From IMG/VR virus record IMGVR_UViG_3300009158_000045, positions 9,121 through 73,120 of that record: a stretch of 64,000 nt of DNA. The stretch is one strand, 5' to 3'. Shown one piece after another: positions 39,558 to 49,446 of the stretch; the stretch's first letter is position 1; every line of letters starts with the position of its first letter. The notes under the pieces were generated by a model, which saw only the letters and a list, made by a program, of their open reading frames with translations, was not told the DNA's origin and searched no databases. The translations under genes and the position numbers were made by a program. The stretch comes from a virus.

Positions 39558-39813
39558 AGTTGAATTTTTAGACGACTCTGATATGGTTCGTGTAAAGCAT
39601 CAATATGAAAGCATGCTTACGCATCAAATGAGAGACAAAGGGTATCTTAGGGTACTTGACATAGATACCAACTTTTCGGTAGAATTTGACGGTACAACAT
39701 GGATGTTCTTAATGACACTCTATGGAATATATGTAGGAAAGAAACTGGCATGGGATCACGAAGCAATTACGCAAGGAAAGCTGAAGCCACGCAATACTCT
39801 AAGCAGCATATAA
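39523..39813 (+). CDS. hypothetical protein
   Basis: ORF overlapping both helicase and primase. Confidence 0.55.
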   Translation: MNHKPIKRFQVRVEFLDDSDMVRVKHQYESMLTHQMRDKGYLRVLDIDTNFSVEFDGTTWMFLMTLYGIYVGKKLAWDHEAITQGKLKPRNTLSSI

Positions 39814-40754
39814 AGGCAATTGTAAAAAGTCTTGGCTTGCAGGTAGCTGGTGAAACAGACATAGAGATATCTTTCTACTGTCCATTTCATTCCAATAGGC
39901 ACAGTGCAAGTTGTAGTATAAGTAAAACAACTGGGGCCTGGCTGTGTTTTAATCCATCATGTGGAGAAACTGGATCACTAATAGAGCTAGTTAAAAGAGT
40001 TTTGCATAAAAATGATTTTGAAGCAATGAGATATGTCTACTCAAAAGAAGCAGAAACATTAGAAAACTTTGATGATCTGCTTAACGATATGCTAGAAGAT
40101 AAACCAGATTTTGTAGAATTCCCAGAAGAGATATTAAAAAACCTTCATAATGATTTAGTCTCAAGCCCAGATGCACAGACTTATTTTAATACTAGAGGTA
40201 TAGATATGTCTTCAATGTCGCACTTTTCTTTAGGATACTCTCCAAAGCAAGATATGGTCACAGTACCAGTTCATAGCCCAGACGGATTACCAGTTGGAAT
40301 TGTTGGTCGATCTATTTCAGAAAAGAAATTTAAAAACAGCACCAACCTGCCTAGAAGCAAAACTATGTTTAATATTCACCGTGCTAAAAAAATAGGAGAT
40401 AATGTTATTATTGTAGAGTCTAGCTTCGATGCAATTCGTGTACATCAGGCTGGGTTCCCTAACGTTATTGCAACCCTGGGCGGCCACATATCTACAGAAA
40501 ATATTGCTTTAATAAATAGATATTTTAATAAGGTTACTTTAATGACTGATGCCGACCATGCTGGGCGTGAGCTTGCAAATAGTATAGCCTCTAGATTAAA
40601 AAACAAAGACCTCTTGTGGGCTTCTTATGAATATGGTAAGATATATCCACATGATGCAAAAGATGCTGGTGATATGACCGAAGAGGAAATTAAAGCCTGT
40701 ATCAAAAACGCAGTTTCCAATATTGAATATCAATCTTGGGCCCATCAAAAATAA
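39750..40754 (+). CDS. dnaG: DNA primase (CHC2 zinc finger + TOPRIM)
   Basis: CPFH...CFNPSC, VESSFDA, ATLGG, TDADHAG, KDAGD; start uncertain (39699 or 39750). Confidence 0.92.
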   Translation: MGSRSNYARKAEATQYSKQHIKAIVKSLGLQVAGETDIEISFYCPFHSNRHSASCSISKTTGAWLCFNPSCGETGSLIELVKRVLHKNDFEAMRYVYSKEAETLENFDDLLNDMLEDKPDFVEFPEEILKNLHNDLVSSPDAQTYFNTRGIDMSSMSHFSLGYSPKQDMVTVPVHSPDGLPVGIVGRSISEKKFKNSTNLPRSKTMFNIHRAKKIGDNVIIVESSFDAIRVHQAGFPNVIATLGGHISTENIALINRYFNKVTLMTDADHAGRELANSIASRLKNKDLLWASYEYGKIYPHDAKDAGDMTEEEIKACIKNAVSNIEYQSWAHQK

Positions 40755-40796
40755 TAAACAGATGGATTTACACCATCAATTACAAAGGAGAAATAT

Positions 40797-41468
40797 ATGG
40801 GAATAGTAAAAGGTCTTAAAGATCTTAATAAGGTTATGGACAAACCGCAATCAAATGGCGGAGAAGGAACAAAAGGACGTTGGGTAAAGTTGGAGGATGC
40901 AGAGAGCGTAAAGATTCGTTTCTTGCAAGAGCTTGACCCAGACTCACCTACATACAATGAAAAAGCTGGACTAGGATTTATTGCAGTAGAGCATACTAAT
41001 CCAAAAGATTATCGCCGTAAAGGTCTTTGCACGATGGAAGATCAGGGTAAGTGCTACGGATGCGAGCAACACCGTAAAGACTACAAGGCAGGATGGAAGG
41101 GTCGTTCACGACTTTACATCAATGTTCTTGTTGACGACGGCAAAGAAGATCCATATGTAGCCATTCTTTCACAAGGGTCAAGCGGAAAGACAATTACACC
41201 AACACTTATTGAATACGCTGGCGAAATGGGTAGCATTACAAATTTAATGTGGCGTGTCAAGCGTTCTGGAACAAAAACAGATACAAGCTACACAATTATC
41301 CCTTTAGCTAAAGACGAAGCACCATTTGATGCATCATCTCTAGAGCTTTTCGAGCTCGAAGCATCTGCAGTTCGTGATATGCCTTACACAGAGCAAGAAG
41401 CTTTCTTTGCTGGTGAAAGTACTCATGCAGATGAGCCTTCAGCAACTAGCAGCAACTTAGACTGGTAA
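40797..41468 (+). CDS. single-stranded DNA-binding protein (gp32-like)
   Basis: VKIRFL, Cys cluster, RLYINVLV, KRSGTKTDTSY, acidic tail ending in W. Confidence 0.8.
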   Translation: MGIVKGLKDLNKVMDKPQSNGGEGTKGRWVKLEDAESVKIRFLQELDPDSPTYNEKAGLGFIAVEHTNPKDYRRKGLCTMEDQGKCYGCEQHRKDYKAGWKGRSRLYINVLVDDGKEDPYVAILSQGSSGKTITPTLIEYAGEMGSITNLMWRVKRSGTKTDTSYTIIPLAKDEAPFDASSLELFELEASAVRDMPYTEQEAFFAGESTHADEPSATSSNLDW

Positions 41469-41480
41469 ACAATTAAATAG

Positions 41481-41514
41481 CAGGGGCAGTCTATTGACTG
41501 CCCCTGTATTATTT
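41481..41514 (+). terminator. terminator hairpin that contains the -35 of the next promoter
   Basis: CAGGGGCAGTC-tatt-GACTGCCCCTG. Confidence 0.8.
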
Positions 41515-41522
41515 AGTAGAAT
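41494..41522 (+). promoter_or_regulatory. sigma70-type promoter, leaderless, for the dnaE operon
   Basis: TTGACT-N17-TAGAAT; ATG 6 nt downstream. Confidence 0.75.
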
Positions 41523-41528
41523 GACAAC

Positions 41529-41735
41529 ATGATCTCATACGAAATACCAGATCCTTTTGATACTTTTGTGGCGCACAAGTATAAAGACTATAAGGGAATG
41601 CTCTATGACTTCTTTGCAAGAGAATGGCATTTAAAAGCAGCGTGTTGTGGCGAAGATTTATATGCACCAAACAAAAAAACAATGACGAAGATTAGACTTT
41701 ATCATACTAGAAATGAATGCATGGGCGGATACTAA
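41529..41735 (+). CDS. small hypothetical protein
   Basis: TAATG-coupled to dnaE; contains Cys/His residues. Confidence 0.65.
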   Translation: MISYEIPDPFDTFVAHKYKDYKGMLYDFFAREWHLKAACCGEDLYAPNKKTMTKIRLYHTRNECMGGY

Positions 41736-44700
41736 TGAGCTTTACACACCTACATGTTCATTCATATTATTCATTAATGGATGGATTAAATTCACCTAAA
41801 GAATTATGCCAAGCTGCGTTAGATGCTGGGCAAACTGCGATTGCAATTACAGACCATGGCACTCTTTCTTCACACAGAGATATGCAGATTGCTGCAAAAG
41901 AATTAGGAATAAAGCCTATACTTGGAGTAGAGGCTTACATCTCCCCCACAGATAGATTTGATAGGTCTTCTAAAACAGATAAATCTATTCAGGCATATAA
42001 CCATATTATTTTGCTTGCTAAAAATAAAAAAGGTCTTGAAAATATAAACACTCTTCAGGAGCTTGCTTGGAACGAAGGCTTTTATCATAAGCCACGTATT
42101 GATAGAGAGGTTTTAAAAGAATATGCAGAAGGCATTATTGTACTGTCTGGATGTCTTAACGGACTTATTAGTAAGTGTATTGAAAAAGGAGAGATCTCAG
42201 AAGCGAAGATTGTTCTCAAGGATTTCAAGAAAACTTTTGGTGAAGATTTTTACATTGAGGTTCAATCTCACAACCCAAAAGAAATAAATGAAAAGCTTCT
42301 CGAGCTTGCAGATGAATTAAAAATTAAGGCGGTGGCAACAGGAGATGCCCATTTTGCTAAAGAAGAAGATAGAGTATTAGAAGAAGCTCTACTTATTTTA
42401 TCAACATCTCCCAAGGTAGATAAAGATACAGATTTTGATATGTCAAGAAACATAAAGGATATGTTAGATAGATTTAATTATCTTTATCCTGACCGTAGAA
42501 TCTCATTTCAGAATATGAATTTGTTTATTCAAAGCCGTTCTGAAATAGAGGCAGACTTTAATAAAGCTGGGATTAATCGAACAGACATCTACAAGAATAC
42601 AATGGAAATTGCTGATAAGGTTGGAGATTACGACTTCTATCAGGGCCTGGACCTCCTGCCAGTCCCAAAGACTGATGCTGATGAAAGACTAAGGGAGTTG
42701 GCTGAAAAGGGCTTAGAGAGGCTACAGAAGGCCTCAGACCCTATTTATATAGACAGGCTTAAAGAAGAGCTTTCTATTATTGCCAAGAAAAATTTTGCTT
42801 CATATTTCCTTGTTGTTGGAGATATGATTAATTGGGCTAAAGAAAATAACATTATGGTCGGTCCAGGTCGTGGATCTGCCGCTGGATCTTTAGTTTGTTA
42901 TACATTAGGAATCACTGATGTGGATCCAATTAAATATGACCTACTGTTCTTTAGGTTTATTAATGAAGAGCGCAACGACTTCCCAGATATTGATACTGAC
43001 TTCGAAGACCGCAGAAGAAAAGAAGTTAAAGATTATTTAAAGAAAAAGTTCAAGCACGTGGCTTCTATTTCTACATACACTTATTTTAAAGACAAGGGTG
43101 TTGTTAGAGATGCTGCTCGTGTATTTATGGTTCCACTTCAAGAAGTTAATCGTGCACTAAAGTCTGTAGATACATTTGAAGACTTTATAGATTCTCCAAA
43201 CACAAAAGAATTTAGAATGCGCTACCCAGAAGTTGTTTGGCTTGCCGATAGACTTCGTGGAAGAATCAGATCAGTAGGCGTACACGCTGCTGGTGTAGTT
43301 GTTGCAAAAGATGATTTAAGAAAGTTTGCACCAGTTGAATCTCGTGAAGACTCTCAAGATAAAGTATCAGGAAGAATTCCAGTCGTCGCATACGATATGG
43401 ATACGGTTGCAGATATAGGTCTTATTAAGCTAGATGCACTGGGTCTTAAGACTTTATCTGTGATCTCCGACACATTAAAGTCAATTAGAGATAGGCACGG
43501 GAAGACAATTAATCTTTCCGAAATGACTATGGATGATGCCAATGTTTACAAGATGCTAAGCGATGGTTATACAAAAGGCGTATTCCAGGCTGAAGCTACT
43601 CCATATACAAATCTTTTAATTAAAATGGGTGTAGACAAGTTTGAGGATTTAGCTGCTTCAAATGCCCTCGTTAGACCAGGGGCTATGAACACTGTAGGGG
43701 CAGCCTACATTAATCGTAAAAATGGTAATGAGGCTGTTGATTACATGCATACAATCATGAAGCCTTTTACCGAGAATACATATGGTGTTATTATATATCA
43801 AGAGCAGGTTATGCAGGCATGCGTACACTTGGGCGGCATGACTTGGGCAGAGGCTGATAAGGTCCGCAAGATTATTGGAAAGAAGAAAGATGCAAAAGAA
43901 TTTGACCAATTCAAGGATAGGTTTGTTACTGGGGCTTCAGAACACATTACTAAGAAAAAGGCAGAGGCGCTATGGCATGATTTTGAGGCGCATGCTGGTT
44001 ATTCTTTTAACCGTTCCCATGCTGTTGCTTACTCTATGCTTAGTTACTATACTGCTTGGCTTAAGTTTTATTATCCACTTGAGTTCATGTTTTCGATTCT
44101 TAAAAATGAAAATGATAAGGACGCAAGAACAGAATATTTAATTGAATCAAAAAGACTTGGACTCAAAGTTCTTTTGCCACATATTAATGAATCTCAAGTA
44201 TATTTTTCTTTACAGGACAATGCAATTAGATTTGGATTAGCCGAGGTAAAGTTTATTTCAGATAGCATTGCAAATAAAATAATAGAAAGAAGACCGTTTA
44301 ATGATTATTCTGACTTTATTGAAAAGGCATCAAAAAAGGGTTCTGGCATTAATAGCCGTGCTATTGCTGCTCTTAACTCCATCGGCGGTGCTGCGTTTAC
44401 TGATAATAAAAGGCAAGGAAATGAAAAAGATAGTTACTACGAATACCTAGGAATACCTACATTTAATCTTGAAGGAATTCCTCCAAGAATTAAAGCTCAG
44501 GCTAGGCCAATTGAAGATTTTGATGATCTTGGATCCTTTATTATGTTTGGTATGGTAAAGTCTATTAAGCGTGGTAACGGTTGGGCAAGAGTAGAGCTTG
44601 TTGATGAGACTGGATCCATTGGACTATTTCACACAGAGCAGACACAGATAGAGACTGGACAGATGTACTTTATACTTGTTGGTGATAATAGAATTGCTAG

Positions 44701-45004
44701 ATACGTAAAGGTATCAGATATTTCTTTCGACTCAGAAGATATATTTGTGAATTATTTATACAAAAAAGAATATGATTTGGAAGAAGATGAATATCAAGTA
44801 ATCAACTTTACACCATACATAACAAAGGCTGGCAAGCATATGAGTCACATTGTTATGACCGATAGGGATAAAAATTTAACTAGGGCAATTGCATTTCCTA
44901 CAATGTATAAAATGACCCTAGCAAAAATGCGTGAAGGAATGAAATGTAGGGTTACATTGTCAAAGTTAGACGATGGAACATTAAATATAAAGGAGATAAA
45001 ATGA
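41735..45004 (+). CDS. dnaE: DNA polymerase III alpha subunit
   Basis: PHP HLHVH/TDHG, GPGRGSAAGS, PDIDTDF, HAAGVV, YSFNRSHAVAY. Confidence 0.96.
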   Translation: MSFTHLHVHSYYSLMDGLNSPKELCQAALDAGQTAIAITDHGTLSSHRDMQIAAKELGIKPILGVEAYISPTDRFDRSSKTDKSIQAYNHIILLAKNKKGLENINTLQELAWNEGFYHKPRIDREVLKEYAEGIIVLSGCLNGLISKCIEKGEISEAKIVLKDFKKTFGEDFYIEVQSHNPKEINEKLLELADELKIKAVATGDAHFAKEEDRVLEEALLILSTSPKVDKDTDFDMSRNIKDMLDRFNYLYPDRRISFQNMNLFIQSRSEIEADFNKAGINRTDIYKNTMEIADKVGDYDFYQGLDLLPVPKTDADERLRELAEKGLERLQKASDPIYIDRLKEELSIIAKKNFASYFLVVGDMINWAKENNIMVGPGRGSAAGSLVCYTLGITDVDPIKYDLLFFRFINEERNDFPDIDTDFEDRRRKEVKDYLKKKFKHVASISTYTYFKDKGVVRDAARVFMVPLQEVNRALKSVDTFEDFIDSPNTKEFRMRYPEVVWLADRLRGRIRSVGVHAAGVVVAKDDLRKFAPVESREDSQDKVSGRIPVVAYDMDTVADIGLIKLDALGLKTLSVISDTLKSIRDRHGKTINLSEMTMDDANVYKMLSDGYTKGVFQAEATPYTNLLIKMGVDKFEDLAASNALVRPGAMNTVGAAYINRKNGNEAVDYMHTIMKPFTENTYGVIIYQEQVMQACVHLGGMTWAEADKVRKIIGKKKDAKEFDQFKDRFVTGASEHITKKKAEALWHDFEAHAGYSFNRSHAVAYSMLSYYTAWLKFYYPLEFMFSILKNENDKDARTEYLIESKRLGLKVLLPHINESQVYFSLQDNAIRFGLAEVKFISDSIANKIIERRPFNDYSDFIEKASKKGSGINSRAIAALNSIGGAAFTDNKRQGNEKDSYYEYLGIPTFNLEGIPPRIKAQARPIEDFDDLGSFIMFGMVKSIKRGNGWARVELVDETGSIGLFHTEQTQIETGQMYFILVGDNRIARYVKVSDISFDSEDIFVNYLYKKEYDLEEDEYQVINFTPYITKAGKHMSHIVMTDRDKNLTRAIAFPTMYKMTLAKMREGMKCRVTLSKLDDGTLNIKEIK

Positions 45005-45243
45005 CAGATGAAGTAAAAGCGGAAGAAGTATTTACGCAATTAAATGCTACAAAAATATTGGTTGCCATACTAGAGCAGATTGAAAAAATAACTGTTCCAA
45101 CAAACTTGATCCTTTTGGCAGGCGAAAAAGACAGAGAAATACAGGTTGATTATAATTCTGATGATCAGACATTTACTTTTGCAATAAGGAAAAATAATGA
45201 ATCAGGGTTCGATAACGACCAACTCATTGAAAGCTTCGAGTAG
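45001..45243 (+). CDS. hypothetical protein
   Basis: AAGGAG RBS, ATGA overlap. Confidence 0.65.
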   Translation: MTDEVKAEEVFTQLNATKILVAILEQIEKITVPTNLILLAGEKDREIQVDYNSDDQTFTFAIRKNNESGFDNDQLIESFE

Positions 45244-45589
45244 CACTTTGCCAGAACTAGTAACAGACTACGGGCTAGACGCTCTATCTGCAATATTGCA
45301 TGAGACTGCAATAGAAAAGGGGTTTTGGGATGGAGAAATTGACTACGACAAGATAGGTAATAAATTAGCATTAGTTCATTCTGAAGTTACAGAGGTGCTG
45401 GAGGCAATAAGAAAAAATAAGGGCTCGGAAGAAGTTGTTGAAGAAATAGCAGATGTATTAATTAGAATATTAGATATCTATGCAGCAATGAGAAACTCTG
45501 GAGACCTAGTAGAAAGCTTAGACGAAATTTTATTTAATAAAATGGAAAAAAATAAAGCAAGGCCAAAGCTTCACGGCAATTTGTTTTAA
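45197..45589 (+). CDS. MazG-like nucleotide pyrophosphohydrolase
   Basis: LVHSEVTEVLEAIRK...EEIADVLIRILD...KMEKNKARP. Confidence 0.85.
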   Translation: MNQGSITTNSLKASSSTLPELVTDYGLDALSAILHETAIEKGFWDGEIDYDKIGNKLALVHSEVTEVLEAIRKNKGSEEVVEEIADVLIRILDIYAAMRNSGDLVESLDEILFNKMEKNKARPKLHGNLF

Positions 45590-45598
45590 TGATATAAT
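45590..45598 (+). promoter_or_regulatory. extended -10 promoter for the recA block
   Basis: TGaTATAAT. Confidence 0.55.
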
Positions 45599-45619
45599 AA
45601 CATAAAAGAGAGAGTTAAA

Positions 45620-46624
45620 ATGACAATAATGATAGACAACATACTATCTAAGCTAGACCCTAAAACAAGAGCCAGAGTTAAGTCTGCACAGGATATAGTT
45701 GTTGAAAAACAAAAAACTCCAAGTATCGGGCTTAACATGGCGCTTAAGGGTGGTCTTGGGTATGGACGACAAGTTTTAATTTGGGGCAACAAGTCAGCTG
45801 GAAAATCTTCTTTTTGTTTACAGATGATAGCAGAAGCACAAAAAGATGGTAAAACATGTGCTTGGATAGATGCTGAAGCGTCCTATGATCAGGCTTGGGC
45901 AGAAAAACTTGGAGTAGATTCGTCTTCCCTTATCTACTCTCCAGCAAAAACAGTAAATGATATGGTTGATGTTGCTACAAAATTGATGGACGCTGGTGTT
46001 GATCTAATAGTTGTTGATTCCATCTCAGCATTACTCCCAGCAATATATTTTGAAAAAGATGGAAATGAAATGAAAGATTTGCAAGATACTAAGCAAATCG
46101 GAGCAGAAGCAAAGGATATGACCCATGCGGTCAAAATGTTAAACTATGCAAACAAAAACACATTACTGGTACTCATCTCACAGCAAAGAAATCAATTTGG
46201 ATCTATGCATGCTTCCCATATCCCGACAGGGGGAATGGCAGTCAAGTTCTTTTCTTCAACAGTCATTAAGCTTTGGTCATCAGAAGCTGAAGCTAATGCT
46301 ATTAAGGCAGGCATTAAGGTTGGTGACAAAATCATTGAACAAAGAGTTGGCCGACCAGTCAATTGGATTATTGATTACAACAAACTCGGCCCCCCTAATT
46401 TATCAGGACAGTATGACTTCTACTACCAAGGAGAAAGCTTAGGAGTTGATTTAGTAGGAGAAACTTTAGATGTTGCAGAGATGGTAGGTGCAGTTGAAAA
46501 AGGTGGAGCCTGGTATACAATCAATGGAGAAAGATTACAAGGAAGATCAAAAGCTGTACAGTATTTAAAGGATAATAGAGATGTTGTTGAAAAATTAGTT
46601 AAGGATATTGATGCCAAGTCTTAA
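45620..46624 (+). CDS. recA: RecA/UvsX-like recombinase
   Basis: GNKSAGKS, WIDAE, VVDSISAL, TGGMAVKFFSS, KGGAWY. Confidence 0.93.
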   Translation: MTIMIDNILSKLDPKTRARVKSAQDIVVEKQKTPSIGLNMALKGGLGYGRQVLIWGNKSAGKSSFCLQMIAEAQKDGKTCAWIDAEASYDQAWAEKLGVDSSSLIYSPAKTVNDMVDVATKLMDAGVDLIVVDSISALLPAIYFEKDGNEMKDLQDTKQIGAEAKDMTHAVKMLNYANKNTLLVLISQQRNQFGSMHASHIPTGGMAVKFFSSTVIKLWSSEAEANAIKAGIKVGDKIIEQRVGRPVNWIIDYNKLGPPNLSGQYDFYYQGESLGVDLVGETLDVAEMVGAVEKGGAWYTINGERLQGRSKAVQYLKDNRDVVEKLVKDIDAKS

Positions 46625-46802
46625 TGATTTTTTAAATAAAAAAGATAAAGAGGAAGTATACTCTACATTAGAGCCTATTGATGGCTTAAAGCCATGTGCA
46701 CATTGCAATGAAGATGTAGATGGTGGATGGTGGGATCCCGAAAAATTAATAATGAGTTGGAAATGTTCCAATGGACATGAAAATTCTTATCAGGTAGGCT
46801 AA
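46608..46802 (+). CDS. small zinc-ribbon protein
   Basis: CAHC...WKCSNGH. Confidence 0.65.
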   Translation: MMPSLNDFLNKKDKEEVYSTLEPIDGLKPCAHCNEDVDGGWWDPEKLIMSWKCSNGHENSYQVG

Positions 46803-47107
46803 TGTCAGAAAGAGCAGAAGTTAAAAGAGATGGTGCAAAAGCTCAAAAAAATTCTGGTAGAGGAGATTATCAAAAAGGAGATGCTCAATGGAAAAAATTT
46901 CTTGTTGATTATAAAGAAGCAGGTAAATCCTTTACTTTAAATAAAGATAATTGGGCAAAGATTTGTACGGACACTTTTAAGGTCAATAGAGATATGTATC
47001 CAGCATTAAAGATTATTATCGGGTCGGAATCCAAAGTTCGTCTTGGGATTATTGAGTGGTCAATTCTTGAAGAGTTGATTCAATTTTATGAGGAGAATCA
47101 TGATTAA
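46802..47107 (+). CDS. PD-(D/E)xK nuclease, Holliday junction resolvase-like
   Basis: NSGRG..KGDA....VDYKE...SFTL. Confidence 0.75.
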   Translation: MSERAEVKRDGAKAQKNSGRGDYQKGDAQWKKFLVDYKEAGKSFTLNKDNWAKICTDTFKVNRDMYPALKIIIGSESKVRLGIIEWSILEELIQFYEENHD

Positions 47108-47261
47108 AGAAGTATTTTTAACTACGCTTACTGGAATGGGCGTGGGTGCAGTTTTTAGTATATTTAGGCTACCAGTCCCAGCCCCACCAGTCTTTGCAGG
47201 CCTAATGGGAATATTTGGCTTATGGATGGGCTACGGACTTATTCAAAGGATTCTTTCATGA
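47100..47261 (+). CDS. XapX/DUF1427-like small membrane protein
   Basis: GMGVGAVFSIFRLPVPAPPVFAGLMGIFGLWMGY; AGGAG RBS; below the ORF-track cutoff. Confidence 0.8.
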   Translation: MIKEVFLTTLTGMGVGAVFSIFRLPVPAPPVFAGLMGIFGLWMGYGLIQRILS

Positions 47262-47362
47262 GTGTATTTTTAATGGGGCTATTAATAGGATTTGTTGTAG
47301 GGTATGGCGTAGGCCTACTTATGGATAAATGGAGTAAGGCAATTGAAAATGACAGAGGATAA
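47258..47362 (+). CDS. 34-aa single-TM membrane peptide
   Basis: MSVFLMGLLIGFVVGYGVGLLMDKW...; ATGA coupling. Confidence 0.6.
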   Translation: MSVFLMGLLIGFVVGYGVGLLMDKWSKAIENDRG

Positions 47363-47687
47363 AAATACACTTGAGCTTATAAGTAACATTACTGAATTCA
47401 ATGATCTTCATGAGTTTATGCAAGATGAACACCTAGATAAAGCCCTGTCCATTGTGGTAAAATTATTAATGAACCCAGACGTACCTTCAGCAAAAGCACC
47501 TATGTTAATTATGGAGCTGCAGGCTATGTCTACAAAGTTTGCTGTGATGTCTTCAGTCTATTCAACTATTGCTAAAGATAAAGCAGGCACAGTAAATAAC
47601 AATAAAAAGAACGTATATTATTCAGTAAAGGAGTCCATAGACAAACTTGTAGATGCACTTAAGTATGTCGTTAGGTATAACTCATAA
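47349..47687 (+). CDS. hypothetical helical protein
   Basis: ORF coupled to the Cas4-like gene. Confidence 0.65.
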   Translation: MTEDKNTLELISNITEFNDLHEFMQDEHLDKALSIVVKLLMNPDVPSAKAPMLIMELQAMSTKFAVMSSVYSTIAKDKAGTVNNNKKNVYYSVKESIDKLVDALKYVVRYNS

Positions 47688-48478
47688 TGGGAAGAGATAT
47701 TGTAAAGAACCTTAAGTTTAAGAAACATACTGGAAAGTTCTTCGACCCAGAAAAATTTGCTAGTCTTCTTGATGAGGCCTATAAGAATACAAAACGTGCA
47801 GATGGCTCTATGACAAAAAAATCGTTTAGCCCAAGTTCATTAGGATATGGACATGGCAAGTGTCCTAGATATTGGTACATGGCATTTTCAGGTGCTGTTT
47901 TTATTGACGATAATGATGCCGTAGCTGTAGCTAATATGGCCCAAGGCACACAGGCCCACGAAAGACTTCAAAAACTTATTGCTACAATGCCTGAGTGGAA
48001 AGCGGAAGAAGAAGAGATTGTTAATGAGTATCCGCCAATCAGAGGCTTCATAGATCTTATTATGGAGTACGATGGTGAAACGGTTATTGGTGAAATTAAG
48101 ACGGCAAAGCAAGAGGTCTGGGACACTAGACAGTCAGAGATGAAGTCATCCGCAAACCACATGCTTCAGTTATTAACCTATATGAAGTTAAAGAATGCCA
48201 AAGAAGGGTTCTTTTTATATGAGAACAAAAATACCCAAGAGATACTAATTATTCCAATCTCAATGAATGACAAAAATAAGAAAATTATTGAGGATGCATT
48301 TCTATGGATGCAAGAAGTATGGGATAATTTTCAAAATGGTGACCTACCAATGAGACCTGCGGGTGCAACAAAATCAAAGATGCCTTGCACGTACTGCCCA
48401 GTTAAAAAAGAATGCTATGACAAAACTGGTCCTGTGGGTACTGTTCAGATAGAATTATATGAGGCACCAATTTTATGA
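47687..48478 (+). CDS. Cas4/RecB-like PD-(D/E)xK exonuclease
   Basis: FSPSSL...CPR, GTQAH, GFIDL, GEIKT, QLLTY, C-terminal CTYC...C (four Cys). Confidence 0.88.
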   Translation: MGRDIVKNLKFKKHTGKFFDPEKFASLLDEAYKNTKRADGSMTKKSFSPSSLGYGHGKCPRYWYMAFSGAVFIDDNDAVAVANMAQGTQAHERLQKLIATMPEWKAEEEEIVNEYPPIRGFIDLIMEYDGETVIGEIKTAKQEVWDTRQSEMKSSANHMLQLLTYMKLKNAKEGFFLYENKNTQEILIIPISMNDKNKKIIEDAFLWMQEVWDNFQNGDLPMRPAGATKSKMPCTYCPVKKECYDKTGPVGTVQIELYEAPIL

Positions 48479-48759
48479 TTTGTGCCAATAAAGAATGCGC
48501 CAAAGACTTTGATGCAAAAACTCATAATCAAAAATACTGTTCTGACGAATGCTGCAGGGTTGCAACTAATAAGAGAATTATGGAAAAGTATTACGAAAAA
48601 AAAGCAATTAAAAGTGGCGCTGTAAGAAAATGCAAGAAGTGCTCTGCACCACTTAGTAGATATAATCAATTTACAGTATGTGCAAAATGCGAAAAAAAGA
48701 AAACAAATTCTGAAAAAGAATTAGAGGACATATTAAATGAAATTAGCAGGCTTAGTTAA
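48475..48759 (+). CDS. Cys-rich zinc-binding protein
   Basis: CANKEC, YCSDECC, CKKC, CAKC. Confidence 0.7.
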   Translation: MICANKECAKDFDAKTHNQKYCSDECCRVATNKRIMEKYYEKKAIKSGAVRKCKKCSAPLSRYNQFTVCAKCEKKKTNSEKELEDILNEISRLS

Positions 48760-49303
48760 AACTCGGGCTTACCGAGTGCTTGGAATAGATGCTTCTACAA
48801 ACTCTATTGCATTTTGTTTGATGGAAAACGACATACCATTAAAATGGGGTAAAATTGATTTGGTTGGCATGGATATATATGAAAAAATATATGATGCTAA
48901 AAAGAAAATGTCGATAATGTTAGATCAATTAAAGTCAGATTATATTGTTGTAGAAGGTGCGATACTTGTTAGATCTCCTGATGCTGTGATAAAATTATCA
49001 TATGTTTATGGTGTTGTTATTGCTGAACTTATGTCTACTGGAGCTTCCGTTATTACTATAGCCCCTAGTAGCTGGCAGGCCTATATAGGGAATAAGAACC
49101 CAACAAAAGAAGAAAAAGCGGCAATAAGATTGTTAAACCCAGGGTACGCTGAATCCTGGTATAAAAATAAATTAAGAAATATGAGAAAACAAAGAACTGC
49201 TGATTATTTTAATAAAAAGTATGGTTTAAGTATTGAAGATTTTGATGTAGCAGATAGCTTTGGAATTGCACATTACGGTAATCAGGTGTTAACTAAACGA
49301 TGA
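48737..49303 (+). CDS. ruvC: RuvC-like resolvase
   Basis: LGIDAS, IVVEG, PSSWQ, DVADSFGIA. Confidence 0.85.
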   Translation: MKLAGLVKTRAYRVLGIDASTNSIAFCLMENDIPLKWGKIDLVGMDIYEKIYDAKKKMSIMLDQLKSDYIVVEGAILVRSPDAVIKLSYVYGVVIAELMSTGASVITIAPSSWQAYIGNKNPTKEEKAAIRLLNPGYAESWYKNKLRNMRKQRTADYFNKKYGLSIEDFDVADSFGIAHYGNQVLTKR

Positions 49304-49446
49304 AATTGTATCAAAGCAAGGATTGGCTATATAGAAGATACGTAGTACAAAAGAAAAGTATTACAGAAATTGCAAAAGAATGTAATGTTTCTGCTATGAC
49401 CATACAGAGACACGTAGAGCAGTTCGGATTGGGCAAGAAAAAATGA
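49300..49446 (+). CDS. 48-aa HTH protein
   Basis: MKLYQSKDWLYRRYVVQKKSITEIAKECNVSAMTIQRHVEQFGL; ATGA overlaps at both ends; below cutoff. Confidence 0.75.
   Translation: MKLYQSKDWLYRRYVVQKKSITEIAKECNVSAMTIQRHVEQFGLGKKK

Noticed and set aside
21170-46442. Short alternative-frame + strand ORFs inside large genes (21170, 22622, 31702, 33994, 34372, 43875, 46146)
   Set aside because: No RBS or motifs; they are the expected off-frame by-products of codon bias.
47687-48478. Cas4-like gene as a sign of a CRISPR system
   Set aside because: No repeat-spacer array or other cas genes are visible; solo Cas4-like nucleases are normal in phage recombination blocks.
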